A stretch of 64,000 nucleotides of DNA from a virus. Shown here one piece after another: positions 25,407-33,707 of this stretch. How positions within the stretch are numbered: the first letter of the stretch is position 1; each line of letters starts with the position of its first letter. Below the pieces are notes generated by a model. That model worked only from the letters and a program-made list of their open reading frames with translations, had not been told where the DNA came from and did not search any database. The stretch covers positions 1 to 64,000 of the IMG/VR virus record IMGVR_UViG_3300030105_002498; one strand, written 5' to 3'. A program made the translations under genes and the position numbers.

Positions 25407-25480
25407 TACCCTGACTAGGATTTGAACCTAGAACCTACACTTTAGAAGAGTGTTGCTCTATCCAGTTGAGCTACCAAGGC
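25407..25480 (-). tRNA. tRNA-Arg(UCU)
   Basis: GCCTTGG-TA-GCTC-AACTGGATA-GAGC-A-ACACT-CT-TCT-AA-AGTGT-AGGTT-CTAGG-TTCAAAT-CCTAG-TCAGGGT-A. Confidence 0.9.
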
Positions 25481-25553
25481 AAAAGTATGAGGAGGATAAC
25501 CTTTGTTAAACTCCTCATTTGACCAATACTCTTCATTTTGAAGAATCTACTTC

Positions 25554-26357
25554 TTATAATTTTGTCAATTTAAAGGCGTTCTTTTCAACCCCATTAGATA
25601 TTGACACAACATATAAACCTGGATAAGACAAATCAATGTCTAATTTAGATGACTCCTGCGAGTCCCAAACGTCTTGGGATATTAACTTCCCTGTCATATC
25701 AAAGACCATTACCTTATAATAAAAGAACTCTTCCGAGGTCTTAAATGTAAAGGTATTTTCTCCTATAGTTTTATTGACTGTTACACCAGACTCTCCATCA
25801 TACCTAACAGCTACTATATTTGACAACTCATTTTTTCCATCAAAATCTACAAAATCTAGTTGGTAATAATTCATCCCATCAACAGGGTTATCATCATAAA
25901 ATGTCCATGATAATTGGTCAGTAATTGTATTTTGAATTACTTCAATTACCTTACCATTTCTTATTACCACTATATTTTCTAGATTCTCTTGCATTGCTAA
26001 CCTCCATTGTAGCTTAGTTCTTTCACCTTCGAGACTAACTTGAAAATCAATTAACTCAATAGGTAAAGACTGATTGTACTGACAAATCTCATTGCAGTCA
26101 ACAAACTTAATTGAATGTAAGAATGGGTTTCCAGTAACACTAGAAAATTTATATTCTCCTGCTGTTAATTGTCCTCCCCAATCAAATACACCAGTTCCAA
26201 CCGTGTCAATGTAAATGCTATCACTAGCACAAGGGACATCATTGAACTCAATAAATGTGTAATTACTATCTGTTGTCTGCTCATGTTCATTAGGACATTG
26301 CCCACTACATGCAGTTACAAATAAAAATAAAAATAAAATGTTGTATATGTTTTTCAT
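25554..26357 (-). CDS. secreted protein with a T9SS (Por) C-terminal sorting domain
   Basis: Signal peptide or lipobox (VTAC); LPIEL..F...LQW...F.DD.P..G.NYYQL...DFDG...LSNIVAV Ig-like module; CTD-like VFDMTGKLI...IDLS.PGLYVV...FKLTKL. Confidence 0.8.
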   Translation of the reverse strand: MKNIYNILFLFLFVTACSGQCPNEHEQTTDSNYTFIEFNDVPCASDSIYIDTVGTGVFDWGGQLTAGEYKFSSVTGNPFLHSIKFVDCNEICQYNQSLPIELIDFQVSLEGERTKLQWRLAMQENLENIVVIRNGKVIEVIQNTITDQLSWTFYDDNPVDGMNYYQLDFVDFDGKNELSNIVAVRYDGESGVTVNKTIGENTFTFKTSEEFFYYKVMVFDMTGKLISQDVWDSQESSKLDIDLSYPGLYVVSISNGVEKNAFKLTKL

Positions 26358-26403
26358 ATTTCAATATTTTAGTACGTTAAATAAATGTTTTAGAAAACTC
26401 TCC

Positions 26404-26838
26404 CTACCCTCTAGCTCTTCGCTGTCTTGGTGGGTCATATGTTGCAGTATATCTTACTTCACCTAAAGCATTTGTTTCTTTAATTACTGGTCCATGTTCA
26501 ATGACTCCAGCAAACTGAGGCATACCCATTTTATCATTTTCATAGACATGGATAGTTGAGATATACAATGGTTTACCCATACATGCTGTCAATCTTCGGA
26601 TATTCTCCAAGATTTTGTTTAAGTATGACTCACTATAAGTATCAGCTAAAAAGAAAGATTTACTTGATTGATTCAATCTTCGCTTTCTTGCATACTGTCT
26701 TTGTAGTGAAGACACTTTACGTGCTATTTTACTATCTGTTAATGATCCCTTTGTCATCTTTTTCATGATATTTATTTTAAAGTGTTTAAAAATTCTTAAA
26801 TAAAGCGTAAAGCTAACATATTTCATGGAATAGTTCAA
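26404..26838 (-). CDS. basic hypothetical protein (true start probably internal, MKKMTK)
   Basis: ORF downstream of motif copy 2. Confidence 0.55.
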   Translation of the reverse strand: MNYSMKYVSFTLYLRIFKHFKINIMKKMTKGSLTDSKIARKVSSLQRQYARKRRLNQSSKSFFLADTYSESYLNKILENIRRLTACMGKPLYISTIHVYENDKMGMPQFAGVIEHGPVIKETNALGEVRYTATYDPPRQRRARG

Positions 26839-26920
26839 GTTCTCACACTCAAACTATTCCATTTTACAAAAAGTAGTTCTTGATATTACATGACTCTTTT
26901 ATTTAAAGATGTATAAGCTT

Positions 26921-26942
26921 CAAATTAGTGGGGGTCTTGAAG
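26921..26942 (-). promoter_or_regulatory. 22-bp phage-specific motif, copy 2
   Basis: CAAATTAGTGGGGGTCTTGAAG, identical to copy 1. Confidence 0.7.
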
Positions 26943-27057
26943 ATAGGTAGGAAAGAAAAAAGAGAAGCCAAGACACAATTTATGTCTTAACTTCAATAAT
27001 ACTACCATTTCAAACTCTTAATAAATAATTATACAATTACAATTATTTATTAAGTTG

Positions 27058-27429
27058 TTAATAGTTTGAATTTATAAGGTGTTTATTTATGCCGTAAATT
27101 ATCATATTATAATTAACATAAACTCCTTCACCTCTAACTTCATGCCATCTGGAGATTAAATCCAGCATAACAGTATTTTCCTTTGTCCCGTCTTTAGCTT
27201 GTGCATACGACTTATAAGGCTCTTTAAAGAATTTACAGAATGCTTCAGATTGTGTATCTATAAAGTGGATAATCATCCTATTGTTTCCATCCCATTCTCT
27301 TACTGCCTCATTTCTTATATCTTGGTAAATTTCTTCTTTGTTTGCTCTTAACCATTCAGATTTCTCTGATAATTGAGCATTTGCAGAAATAGTAATAAAT
27401 AAGAATGCTAATAAAATTAAGTTTTTCAT
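27058..27429 (-). CDS. secreted hypothetical protein
   Basis: Sec signal MKNLILLAFLFITISANA-Q. Confidence 0.7.
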   Translation of the reverse strand: MKNLILLAFLFITISANAQLSEKSEWLRANKEEIYQDIRNEAVREWDGNNRMIIHFIDTQSEAFCKFFKEPYKSYAQAKDGTKENTVMLDLISRWHEVRGEGVYVNYNMIIYGINKHLINSNY

Positions 27430-27500
27430 GAGTGATTAAATTTAAGTGGTTAAAAAAGAGAGTCATGTACTAGCATACACAACTCTCATATTGAACAACA

Positions 27501-27848
27501 TTAGTTACTTTTCAAGTATTTGTTATAAGGATTCCCAGTATTCTTACTAAGAATGATAATAAAGAATGTGCCTTTCTTGCTCACTCTAACATTACTACCT
27601 TCAAATACATGCTCAGTTGGTTTCCCAACCCAGACAGCGTAATCATTGCCAGTCTTAGGACTATTACATTTGATATACTCTGAACCACCAGTAGTGGTAA
27701 ATGTATCAAATGTCTTGTCTCCAACAACAATATTACTAGTAGGTGTTCCTGTATTTACATCAAATCCACCACCTTTAGATGCTGTGAATGTTTGAGCACT
27801 AGCGTTGATGCTAAATGCCAAGACTAAAAAGATTAATAAGTTCTTCAT
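27501..27848 (-). CDS. secreted hypothetical protein
   Basis: Sec signal MKNLLIFLVLAFSINASA-Q. Confidence 0.7.
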   Translation of the reverse strand: MKNLLIFLVLAFSINASAQTFTASKGGGFDVNTGTPTSNIVVGDKTFDTFTTTGGSEYIKCNSPKTGNDYAVWVGKPTEHVFEGSNVRVSKKGTFFIIILSKNTGNPYNKYLKSN

Positions 27849-27882
27849 AATTTGATTGAATTGAATTTGTTAAAGAATAATT

Positions 27883-28029
27883 TTACGTGTTGATCTTAGC
27901 TACCACATTAATGAGATGCCTTTTTCTGATACTAAAGCAAAGTTGAGCCTTCATTCGTTCTTTCTTTGGCTTACCTGTCGCTTTGTTAATCTTTACACCT
28001 GGTGGTGTTGCTTTTTTAAAAATATCCAT
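27883..28029 (-). CDS. small basic protein (48 aa, not in ORF track)
   Basis: MDIFKKATPPGVKINKATGKPKKERMKAQLCFSIRKRHLINVVAKINT. Confidence 0.45.
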   Translation of the reverse strand: MDIFKKATPPGVKINKATGKPKKERMKAQLCFSIRKRHLINVVAKINT

Positions 28030-28123
28030 ATCTGGGGGTTTTTTGATGTTTTAGCTATTAACTAAAACAGTTAGAAAATAGGAGAACCTTAATGAAGGCT
28101 CTCCATGAAATATAGGTTAGTTG

Positions 28124-28522
28124 TTATTGTTCAACTACTTGAGTCTGTCCAATTATACTAAGGAACTCTTCCCAAGTCTTACAAATTAAATCAGTCCCAT
28201 TTGCAAGCACTACTCTAAAATAAGTATAATTATTGCAAGCTTGGTTTTTTGGAGACATAGTATCACGAATGTAATCATAGCCTTCAATTTTTGGCTCTCT
28301 ATTCGTATCAATTTGATAGTCTTGAAGAATTTTAAGTCCTCCTAAATGACTATAAGATGTGCCATGCTCATGATTGTAAAGGGTTTGCACCTCTTGCTCT
28401 ATAAGACAATAGTTCCTATTTCCTTGGTGACTTCTTGACCAGTTGTTAATAATTATTCCAGGTACTCCTAAATCAAAGGATTCTTTTATCTCTGGAGATG
28501 ATAAATTGTGTCGCTTTTTCAT
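28124..28522 (-). CDS. hypothetical protein
   Basis: 132-aa ORF with an AT-rich leader. Confidence 0.55.
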   Translation of the reverse strand: MKKRHNLSSPEIKESFDLGVPGIIINNWSRSHQGNRNYCLIEQEVQTLYNHEHGTSYSHLGGLKILQDYQIDTNREPKIEGYDYIRDTMSPKNQACNNYTYFRVVLANGTDLICKTWEEFLSIIGQTQVVEQ

Positions 28523-28551
28523 GATGGTAATATTTATAAAGGATTAAAAAA

Positions 28552-28770
28552 TTAAATGTAAGGCACTCTATCGAATGAGAGTGTAATTATTGTATCTCTT
28601 GTTACCACATTGATAACTAAATACACAAAACAATTCTCATAACTATCATACGTGAAATGATATTCCACATTTGCTATGTCACAACCTTTTAAGGCTTCAA
28701 TACTAGATTCTAAACTATCTGTAGCTGTATAATCAACTAATAGTTTAATTATATGGTCTGCAATAATCAT
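28552..28770 (-). CDS. hypothetical protein
   Basis: 72-aa ORF; leader resembles that of 28124..28522. Confidence 0.5.
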   Translation of the reverse strand: MIIADHIIKLLVDYTATDSLESSIEALKGCDIANVEYHFTYDSYENCFVYLVINVVTRDTIITLSFDRVPYI

Positions 28771-28965
28771 AATATTGTAGTTTTATAAAGGATTAAAAAA
28801 TAAAGTGTATGTTATAATACTATTAAGAGCTTTTAGTCTCTCTCATACTCGTTAGGAAAAGTGCTGTTTTTAAAGCCTGTCTTTTCCCTCACAAATATCT
28901 TCAGGACATGCAACTAGTGCAGCCTAAATCCTCATTATTTCTAATGATTAAATAATATTGTGTCC

Positions 28966-28987
28966 CAAATTAGTGGGGGTTTTGAAA
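28966..28987 (-). promoter_or_regulatory. 22-bp phage-specific motif, copy 3
   Basis: CAAATTAGTGGGGGTTTTGAAA. Confidence 0.7.
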
Positions 28988-28990
28988 GAA

Positions 28991-29060
28991 TGTGTCTTCA
29001 CTCTTGGAGTCGAACCAAGAATTACCACGTTACATTTAATAGTCATTGAAGTTAAGCACA
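28991..29060 (-). ncRNA. tRNA remnant (T-arm plus acceptor-like stem)
   Basis: TCTTGG-TTCGACT-CCAAGA T-arm and CTTCA/TGAAG pairing; no clear D or anticodon arm. Confidence 0.4.
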
Positions 29061-29203
29061 CACTTAAAATCTTTCGATTTAAGGCTTTAAGTCTCGTTCT
29101 TCATATATTTACAGATTGCTATTAAATGTGCAAGGCTCTATACTATTCCATCAGCAGTTAAATTAATAACTTTTGCGAAAATACATTACCATAGATTTAC
29201 TTT

Positions 29204-29428
29204 TCACCTTGCAAGTGAAGATATTGTAAACTCATCCCAGAGTTTATCTTTAACAGCGTCAAGTTCTTGCTGCTTTTCTCTTATAAAATCACTCACCATG
29301 TGTGAGTGTGTTACATCTAGGAAGTATCTATCTTCCATACTCATTAAACTAACCTCTTTTGAATACTCTTCTTCATTGAGCATCATGTTGTACTCCCAGA
29401 TTTCATAATCTGTGTTATAGTCTTTCAT
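29204..29428 (-). CDS. acidic hypothetical protein
   Basis: 74-aa ORF. Confidence 0.55.
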   Translation of the reverse strand: MKDYNTDYEIWEYNMMLNEEEYSKEVSLMSMEDRYFLDVTHSHMVSDFIREKQQELDAVKDKLWDEFTISSLAR

Positions 29429-29587
29429 AGTGTTGTTTGTTTAATGAGATAATATGCTAAAATAGGTGGAAGCCTTATCATCATAGCTTCCAAAGTGACA
29501 TTTACATGAAACCACAAAGGGCTGTCAACTTTTATTGTCCTATTTCAAGACTTGATATTAATTTGTGTAATGCTCTTATTCTTAAAG

Positions 29588-29866
29588 TTAAAATGGTGGG
29601 TCAACAATAGACTCAAAAAAGTCTTCAAATTCACTATAGTCTTTAGACCAACCATGTCCTTGTTTATCTTCATTTTCTAAAATCAATGTTTTAGACTCTT
29701 CATGATATTCTTTCACTTTGTAAACATAACCAGCTACAAACTCTTTTGTTTCTTTATGGTAATCATCTTCCATATGAACATCCTGATAACAGTACGCATA
29801 AGTAACCTTATTTTCCTTAATGTTGTTTTTAAAGGTTTCAACAACTAAATCAAATTGTATGTTCAT
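29588..29866 (-). CDS. acidic hypothetical protein
   Basis: 92-aa ORF starting 57 nt downstream of motif copy 4. Confidence 0.6.
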   Translation of the reverse strand: MNIQFDLVVETFKNNIKENKVTYAYCYQDVHMEDDYHKETKEFVAGYVYKVKEYHEESKTLILENEDKQGHGWSKDYSEFEDFFESIVDPPF

Positions 29867-29922
29867 AATAGTGGTAGTTTTAAAGGTAAAATGAATTCGC
29901 TAAACTAAACAAATAGTTGCTA

Positions 29923-29944
29923 CAAATTAGTGGGGGTTTTGAAG
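29923..29944 (-). promoter_or_regulatory. 22-bp phage-specific motif, copy 4
   Basis: CAAATTAGTGGGGGTTTTGAAG. Confidence 0.7.
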
Positions 29945-30000
29945 GTAGGCTAAAGGACAAATAAAGAATGCTAACCTAAAGTGGCTAACATTCTTTGGGT

Positions 30001-30183
30001 CTATTCTAGTCCTAATTTATCAAGTCCTAAGCCATAAGATGCAAGCTTCCAGGTTAACACACCTTTCTTAATCTTATACTTATAAACTATACCATCAGCT
30101 AAAAATTGTGTCCTCCACACTTTAACTTCAGAATTAAAATGCTTATTTAAAGCAAGTTGTATGTAATTATTTAAGTCAATCAT
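30001..30183 (-). CDS. hypothetical protein
   Basis: 60-aa ORF followed by a hairpin. Confidence 0.5.
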   Translation of the reverse strand: MIDLNNYIQLALNKHFNSEVKVWRTQFLADGIVYKYKIKKGVLTWKLASYGLGLDKLGLE

Positions 30184-30258
30184 AATACTTTCCTATTTTA
30201 CCTTGATTAATAAAATGGAGCAGCCAAGCATAATTGCTCAACTACTCCACATTGGACA

Positions 30259-30594
30259 CTAGTAGGATATTACTCCTTCCATGTCTTCAACCACTATCTC
30301 TAAGTCTTCAGTTATGTACACAATACCTATCTGTAGGTCTTGGCTATCATAAATCTCCATGTCAGCTTCAGGGTAATCTCTATCATCAACTATGTATGCA
30401 TAGTCTAAGTAATCACCAACAAAAGTATCAACCTCTTCTTCCACCATTCTTTCAATTGTTGTTGAAACTAACAGTTGATTTATAATAGCTTCAGATTGTT
30501 CCATACTATTTGCAGTTTCAACGTAATGGCTAGAAGAAACTAATAGGAATGCTGTAAAGAGTACGATGAGCATAATTGTTATTTTATTTTGCAT
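30259..30594 (-). CDS. membrane-anchored or secreted acidic protein
   Basis: N-terminal hydrophobic helix, very acidic body. Confidence 0.6.
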   Translation of the reverse strand: MQNKITIMLIVLFTAFLLVSSSHYVETANSMEQSEAIINQLLVSTTIERMVEEEVDTFVGDYLDYAYIVDDRDYPEADMEIYDSQDLQIGIVYITEDLEIVVEDMEGVISY

Positions 30595-30818
30595 GATGTT
30601 ATTATTTTGTAAAATGAGTGATTATAAGTTAAGGCTATTAATAAAAAGGTTTAGTAAATAAGGTTTATTTTGAATAGTGTTTATGGTGATGAGGAGTACT
30701 AAAAGGCACTTCTACTACAACTAAACTGCAAACTAAACTGCAATTTATACAACAAACACTACAATTATGTAATAAACACTACAAAGAACACCAGTTATGA
30801 TGCCCTTTGTAGTATTGA

Positions 30819-30974
30819 TTATACGAGAAACATTACATAGACACCACAAAAGGTGCAAGCTGCAATGAGCAACCAAGTTATAACAGTTTCACCAAGCTTC
30901 TTCATATACTGCAATTGCAATGAAACAAAGAAAGCAATACCAAAGAATAGAATACCAACCATTAGGTGTATCAT
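30819..30974 (-). CDS. small two-helix membrane protein (51 aa, not in ORF track)
   Basis: MIHLMVGILFFGIAFFVSLQLQYMKKLGETVITWLLIAACTFCGVYVMFLV. Confidence 0.5.
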   Translation of the reverse strand: MIHLMVGILFFGIAFFVSLQLQYMKKLGETVITWLLIAACTFCGVYVMFLV

Positions 30975-31006
30975 AATAAAAGTGTTTAGCAAGAGATTAA
31001 AGAAAA

Positions 31007-31036
31007 GGGATATACACCTATTATAGTGTATATCCC
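31007..31036 (-). terminator. intrinsic terminator
   Basis: GGGATATACAC / GTGTATATCCC perfect 11-bp stem, followed by TTTTCTTT on the minus strand. Confidence 0.75.
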
Positions 31037-31043
31037 AATGTAA

Positions 31044-31316
31044 TTACAACGTGATTTCAGAAGCCTTGTACTTCACAATCCTCTTAGCGGTGTATTGTCC
31101 TTGAGGAGCATCACGCAATTCAGATTGGATAGCTAAGTCGCTAATGCTAGGGTCAGCCTGTAACTGAGCAATAAGTTCCTTGTGTAAGGACACAGCTACA
31201 CGAGCCTCATTATCCCAATGGCGCATCCATTCTGTTGGAACACCATTAGAATCATTGCTTGTGTTCAAGTTCAGAGTTGAGTAGCCGAGTTCAGATTTGA
31301 TTTCATTGATAGTCAT
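31044..31316 (-). CDS. first gene of the left arm, hypothetical protein
   Basis: 90 aa containing WMRHWDNEARVAV; flanked by a degenerate 22-bp motif and a terminator. Confidence 0.7.
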   Translation of the reverse strand: MTINEIKSELGYSTLNLNTSNDSNGVPTEWMRHWDNEARVAVSLHKELIAQLQADPSISDLAIQSELRDAPQGQYTAKRIVKYKASEITL

Positions 31317-31541
31317 GATACATACTGTTTAGATAGATAGTGGTTGACAAAATTGCCAGGAATCAGAGTGGGTCTCGAAGAGAACCTTGAGAAACAAGAA
31401 GTAGATTATTCTGCCCCAAGTTTATGTACTCTGCTAAAAATAGGTGGGGGTATTTAAGTTGGGAAAATGAGAGGGGGTTTTAATTAGGGTGGCTCACAAA
31501 CTCACATTTTTCTAAAAAATTTTCACAAACCTTTAAAAAAT

Positions 31542-31571
31542 TTGCGTACTAAAATAATCCTCAGTACCTTG
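31542..31571 (+). promoter_or_regulatory. Bacteroidota-type promoter variant TTG-N20-TACCTTG
   Basis: Same 20-nt spacing as the canonical copies; precedes the ATG at 31589. Confidence 0.55.
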
Positions 31572-31588
31572 TTTCAAATTAAAATATT

Positions 31589-31807
31589 ATGAAAGACTTC
31601 ACACACATAACACAGACAGAATTTTACGAATTATTTATAGATACAGAAAGATATTCATGGAGACAGACTGCTCCTGATATGGATTGGAGAGAAGCACACA
31701 TGGATTTTGTATGGGATAATGACACTATGGAAACAGTAGGATTTAAGAGGACTTCCTCATGGGGAGAAAAAGATGAATATTTTATCCAAGAAAAACTTGC
31801 ATACTAA
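31589..31807 (+). CDS. hypothetical protein
   Basis: 72-aa ORF behind a promoter. Confidence 0.6.
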   Translation: MKDFTHITQTEFYELFIDTERYSWRQTAPDMDWREAHMDFVWDNDTMETVGFKRTSSWGEKDEYFIQEKLAY

Positions 31808-31826
31808 AATAAGTCTTATTATCTTG
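31797..31826 (+). promoter_or_regulatory. Bacteroidota-type promoter variant TTG-N20-TATCTTG (tRNA operon)
   Basis: Same spacing; shares the TACTAAAATAA spacer sequence with the 31542 promoter. Confidence 0.6.
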
Positions 31827-31880
31827 CAGTCATAAAGGGGTTTCGCTACCTGCCTTAATTTTTAATAAATAAATAAAAAA

Positions 31881-31937
31881 ATGTTTTTAATAACTATATA
31901 TACTTATACTTGCAAATCGACTCACTACTGTGAGTAA
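31881..31937 (+). CDS. putative attenuator leader peptide MFLITIYTYTCKSTHYCE
   Basis: A-rich leader then ATG TTT TTA ATA ACT ATA TAT ACT TAT ACT TGC AAA TCG ACT CAC TAC TGT GAG TAA. Confidence 0.65.
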   Translation: MFLITIYTYTCKSTHYCE

Positions 31938-31976
31938 GAGCATTTCTATATTGTTATAACAAAACAAAAATTTAGG

Positions 31977-32011
31977 AGACTCTTACTTTAAAATAGTAAG
32001 GGTCTTTTTTT
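31977..32011 (+). terminator. intrinsic terminator (attenuator 3:4 helix) just before tRNA-Tyr
   Basis: AGACTCTTACT-ttaaaat-AGTAAGGGTCT 11-bp stem with a T-tract at 32005-32011. Confidence 0.85.
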
Positions 32012-32015
32012 ATTT

Positions 32016-32099
32016 GGGACAGTATGCAAGTTAGTCAAAGCAGGTGGATTGTAAATCCATTCTCTCACGAGTTCATAGGTGCAAATCCTATCTGCCCCA
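32016..32099 (+). tRNA. tRNA-Tyr(GUA)
   Basis: GTGGA-TT-GTA-AA-TCCAT arm, long variable arm, ATAGG-TGCAAAT-CCTAT T-arm (atypical loop), GGGACAG/CTGCCCC acceptor. Confidence 0.85.
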
Positions 32100-32105
32100 C
32101 AACAT

Positions 32106-32179
32106 GGGTTTTTAGCTCAATTGGTTAGAGCACCTCACTCATAATGAGAAGGTTCTTAGTTCGAGTCTAAGGAGACCCA
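32106..32179 (+). tRNA. tRNA with CAU anticodon (Ile2-like or elongator Met)
   Basis: GGGTTTT-TA-GCTC-AATTGGTTA-GAGC-A-CCTCA-CT-CAT-AA-TGAGA-AGGTT-CTTAG-TTCGAGT-CTAAG-GAGACCC-A; lacks initiator features. Confidence 0.88.
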
Positions 32180-32185
32180 CATTAC

Positions 32186-32258
32186 ACCATATTAGTATAG
32201 TGGCTAATTACACTTCTCTTGTAAAGAAGAAACAACAGTTCAACTCTGTTATATGGTG
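32186..32258 (+). tRNA. tRNA-Thr(UGU)
   Basis: ACCATAT/ATATGGT acceptor (C2-G71), CTTCT-CT-TGT-AA-AGAAG arm, AACAG-TTCAACT-CTGTT T-arm. Confidence 0.8.
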
Positions 32259-32480
32259 CTACTCATAGGCATGTCCTGTTTGTTTTCTATTCTCAGCATT
32301 AGTTGCTGACCAGCCTCCTATATTAGGTAGACCTTCTGACTCTTCATCAACTCTGGTACATTCTGTACTCTGACAAGTTGGGCATTTAAGAGGTCTTTTA
32401 AATTGATCCCTAAGTTCTCCTTTGATAGTGATTAATCTTTGCACTTCAAATTCATGATTGTTCTCGCAAGTTATCTTCAT
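32259..32480 (-). CDS. zinc-ribbon protein
   Basis: CENNHEFE...CPTC. Confidence 0.6.
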   Translation of the reverse strand: MKITCENNHEFEVQRLITIKGELRDQFKRPLKCPTCQSTECTRVDEESEGLPNIGGWSATNAENRKQTGHAYE

Positions 32481-32628
32481 CTTTTATTAATTGTTTTATT
32501 GATCCTTTTAATTCACTTGGGTGTGGTGTTGTTCCATATAGTACAAAGTCCCAGAATCGTTTATCCATCATATCTCTCCACTTTTTCTCAAACTCAGCAT
32601 CTTCCTTTGACATCCATAATTTATTCAT
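32452..32628 (-). CDS. small hypothetical protein (58 aa, not in ORF track)
   Basis: MNKLWMSKEDAEFEKKWRDMMDKRFWDFVLYGTT...; overlaps the zinc-ribbon gene start. Confidence 0.45.
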   Translation of the reverse strand: MNKLWMSKEDAEFEKKWRDMMDKRFWDFVLYGTTPHPSELKGSIKQLIKDEDNLREQS

Positions 32629-32881
32629 GATTGTTATTGTTTATTAAACTCGATTACGAGTCTTATGATTAAAAGTATTATAATGTAGAGTAGCATAGTA
32701 GAATCCTTTGATTATTATTAATCCAGGTGGAGGGGGACAATTTTCAGAATTGACGTATTGACTGGATTCTCTATCCAAAATTACTCATAATTACAATACA
32801 AGTCAAGTTATAACCAATATATTTTCAAAATAATTTTATTATAGGAAATCACATATTTCAGAAAAAAATTTAAAAGAAAGC

Positions 32882-32912
32882 TTGTTTAGGATTAATATTA
32901 TACTTAACTTTG
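32882..32912 (+). promoter_or_regulatory. Bacteroidota housekeeping promoter TTG-N20-TAACTTTG
   Basis: Matches the -33 TTG / -7 TAnnTTTG consensus; heads the packaging operon. Confidence 0.75.
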
Positions 32913-32934
32913 TTTCAAATAAAAATGTAACATC

Positions 32935-33276
32935 ATGATAATCGAATTCAACACAGTAAGAACCAATGACCTCGAAATGTTCGAGAGAGGGCAAGAGATT
33001 CAAAAATCTCAAGAAATGGGAATGGAGTATGTAGCTGACTTTTACAATGAAAGTGATTGGCAAGCTATTACCAGTTTAGACATGACCACAGTTATTGACT
33101 GGTCTGAAGGAACAGTATGGCTGAATGACACAGAGCTTCCTTGTGTCTATGCAAGACTCCACGGAGGTTTTATGACTAGTGCCATACTTATTACAATTGA
33201 CGACTTTAGAAAAATCTACGAAAAGATTTTCAACATTGAAGTCAAATCAGGATTAGATTACTTAAATGGACACTAA
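32935..33276 (+). CDS. hypothetical protein
   Basis: 113-aa first gene of the packaging operon. Confidence 0.65.
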   Translation: MIIEFNTVRTNDLEMFERGQEIQKSQEMGMEYVADFYNESDWQAITSLDMTTVIDWSEGTVWLNDTELPCVYARLHGGFMTSAILITIDDFRKIYEKIFNIEVKSGLDYLNGH

Positions 33277-33707
33277 TGGAAAAAATTCAAAGAGGATTAT
33301 ATTTGGGTAGAAAGGAATATTATGAGAAGCATCTCAGCATTATCAATCCTCTACTTCCTACTCAACTCACAGTAAAAGAAATTTCAGTACTGGCAGCATT
33401 TATGTCTTTGTCAGAAGAAATTACAGAGGATGATGTATTCAATACTCTTGCGAGAAAGAAAGTTAAAAAGGCTTTGAAATTATCAGCAGGAGGATTGTCT
33501 AATTACCTAGACGCATTAATAAAGAAAGGGTTTGTAAATAAATCCGACATCACTAAGAGAATAACTATTAAAGAGTACTTAATTCCAGACCCGATAGCAC
33601 AAGGGTATCAATTTAAAATCATACTTAAAAATGAAGAAACAAAAGAAGAGAGACCCAAGCGTGATACTACAGAGACATCTGATACTAGAAGAGTTGAGGA
33701 ACTTTGA
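33276..33707 (+). CDS. winged helix-turn-helix DNA-binding protein
   Basis: LTVKEISVL...RKKVKKALKLSAGGLSNYLDALIKKGFV. Confidence 0.7.
   Translation: MEKIQRGLYLGRKEYYEKHLSIINPLLPTQLTVKEISVLAAFMSLSEEITEDDVFNTLARKKVKKALKLSAGGLSNYLDALIKKGFVNKSDITKRITIKEYLIPDPIAQGYQFKIILKNEETKEERPKRDTTETSDTRRVEEL

Noticed and set aside
22876-29944. CRISPR array made of the 22-bp repeats
   Set aside because: Copies are 1-4 kb apart and separated by genes; no regular spacers and no cas operon. The nuclease at 54927 is a common stand-alone phage enzyme.
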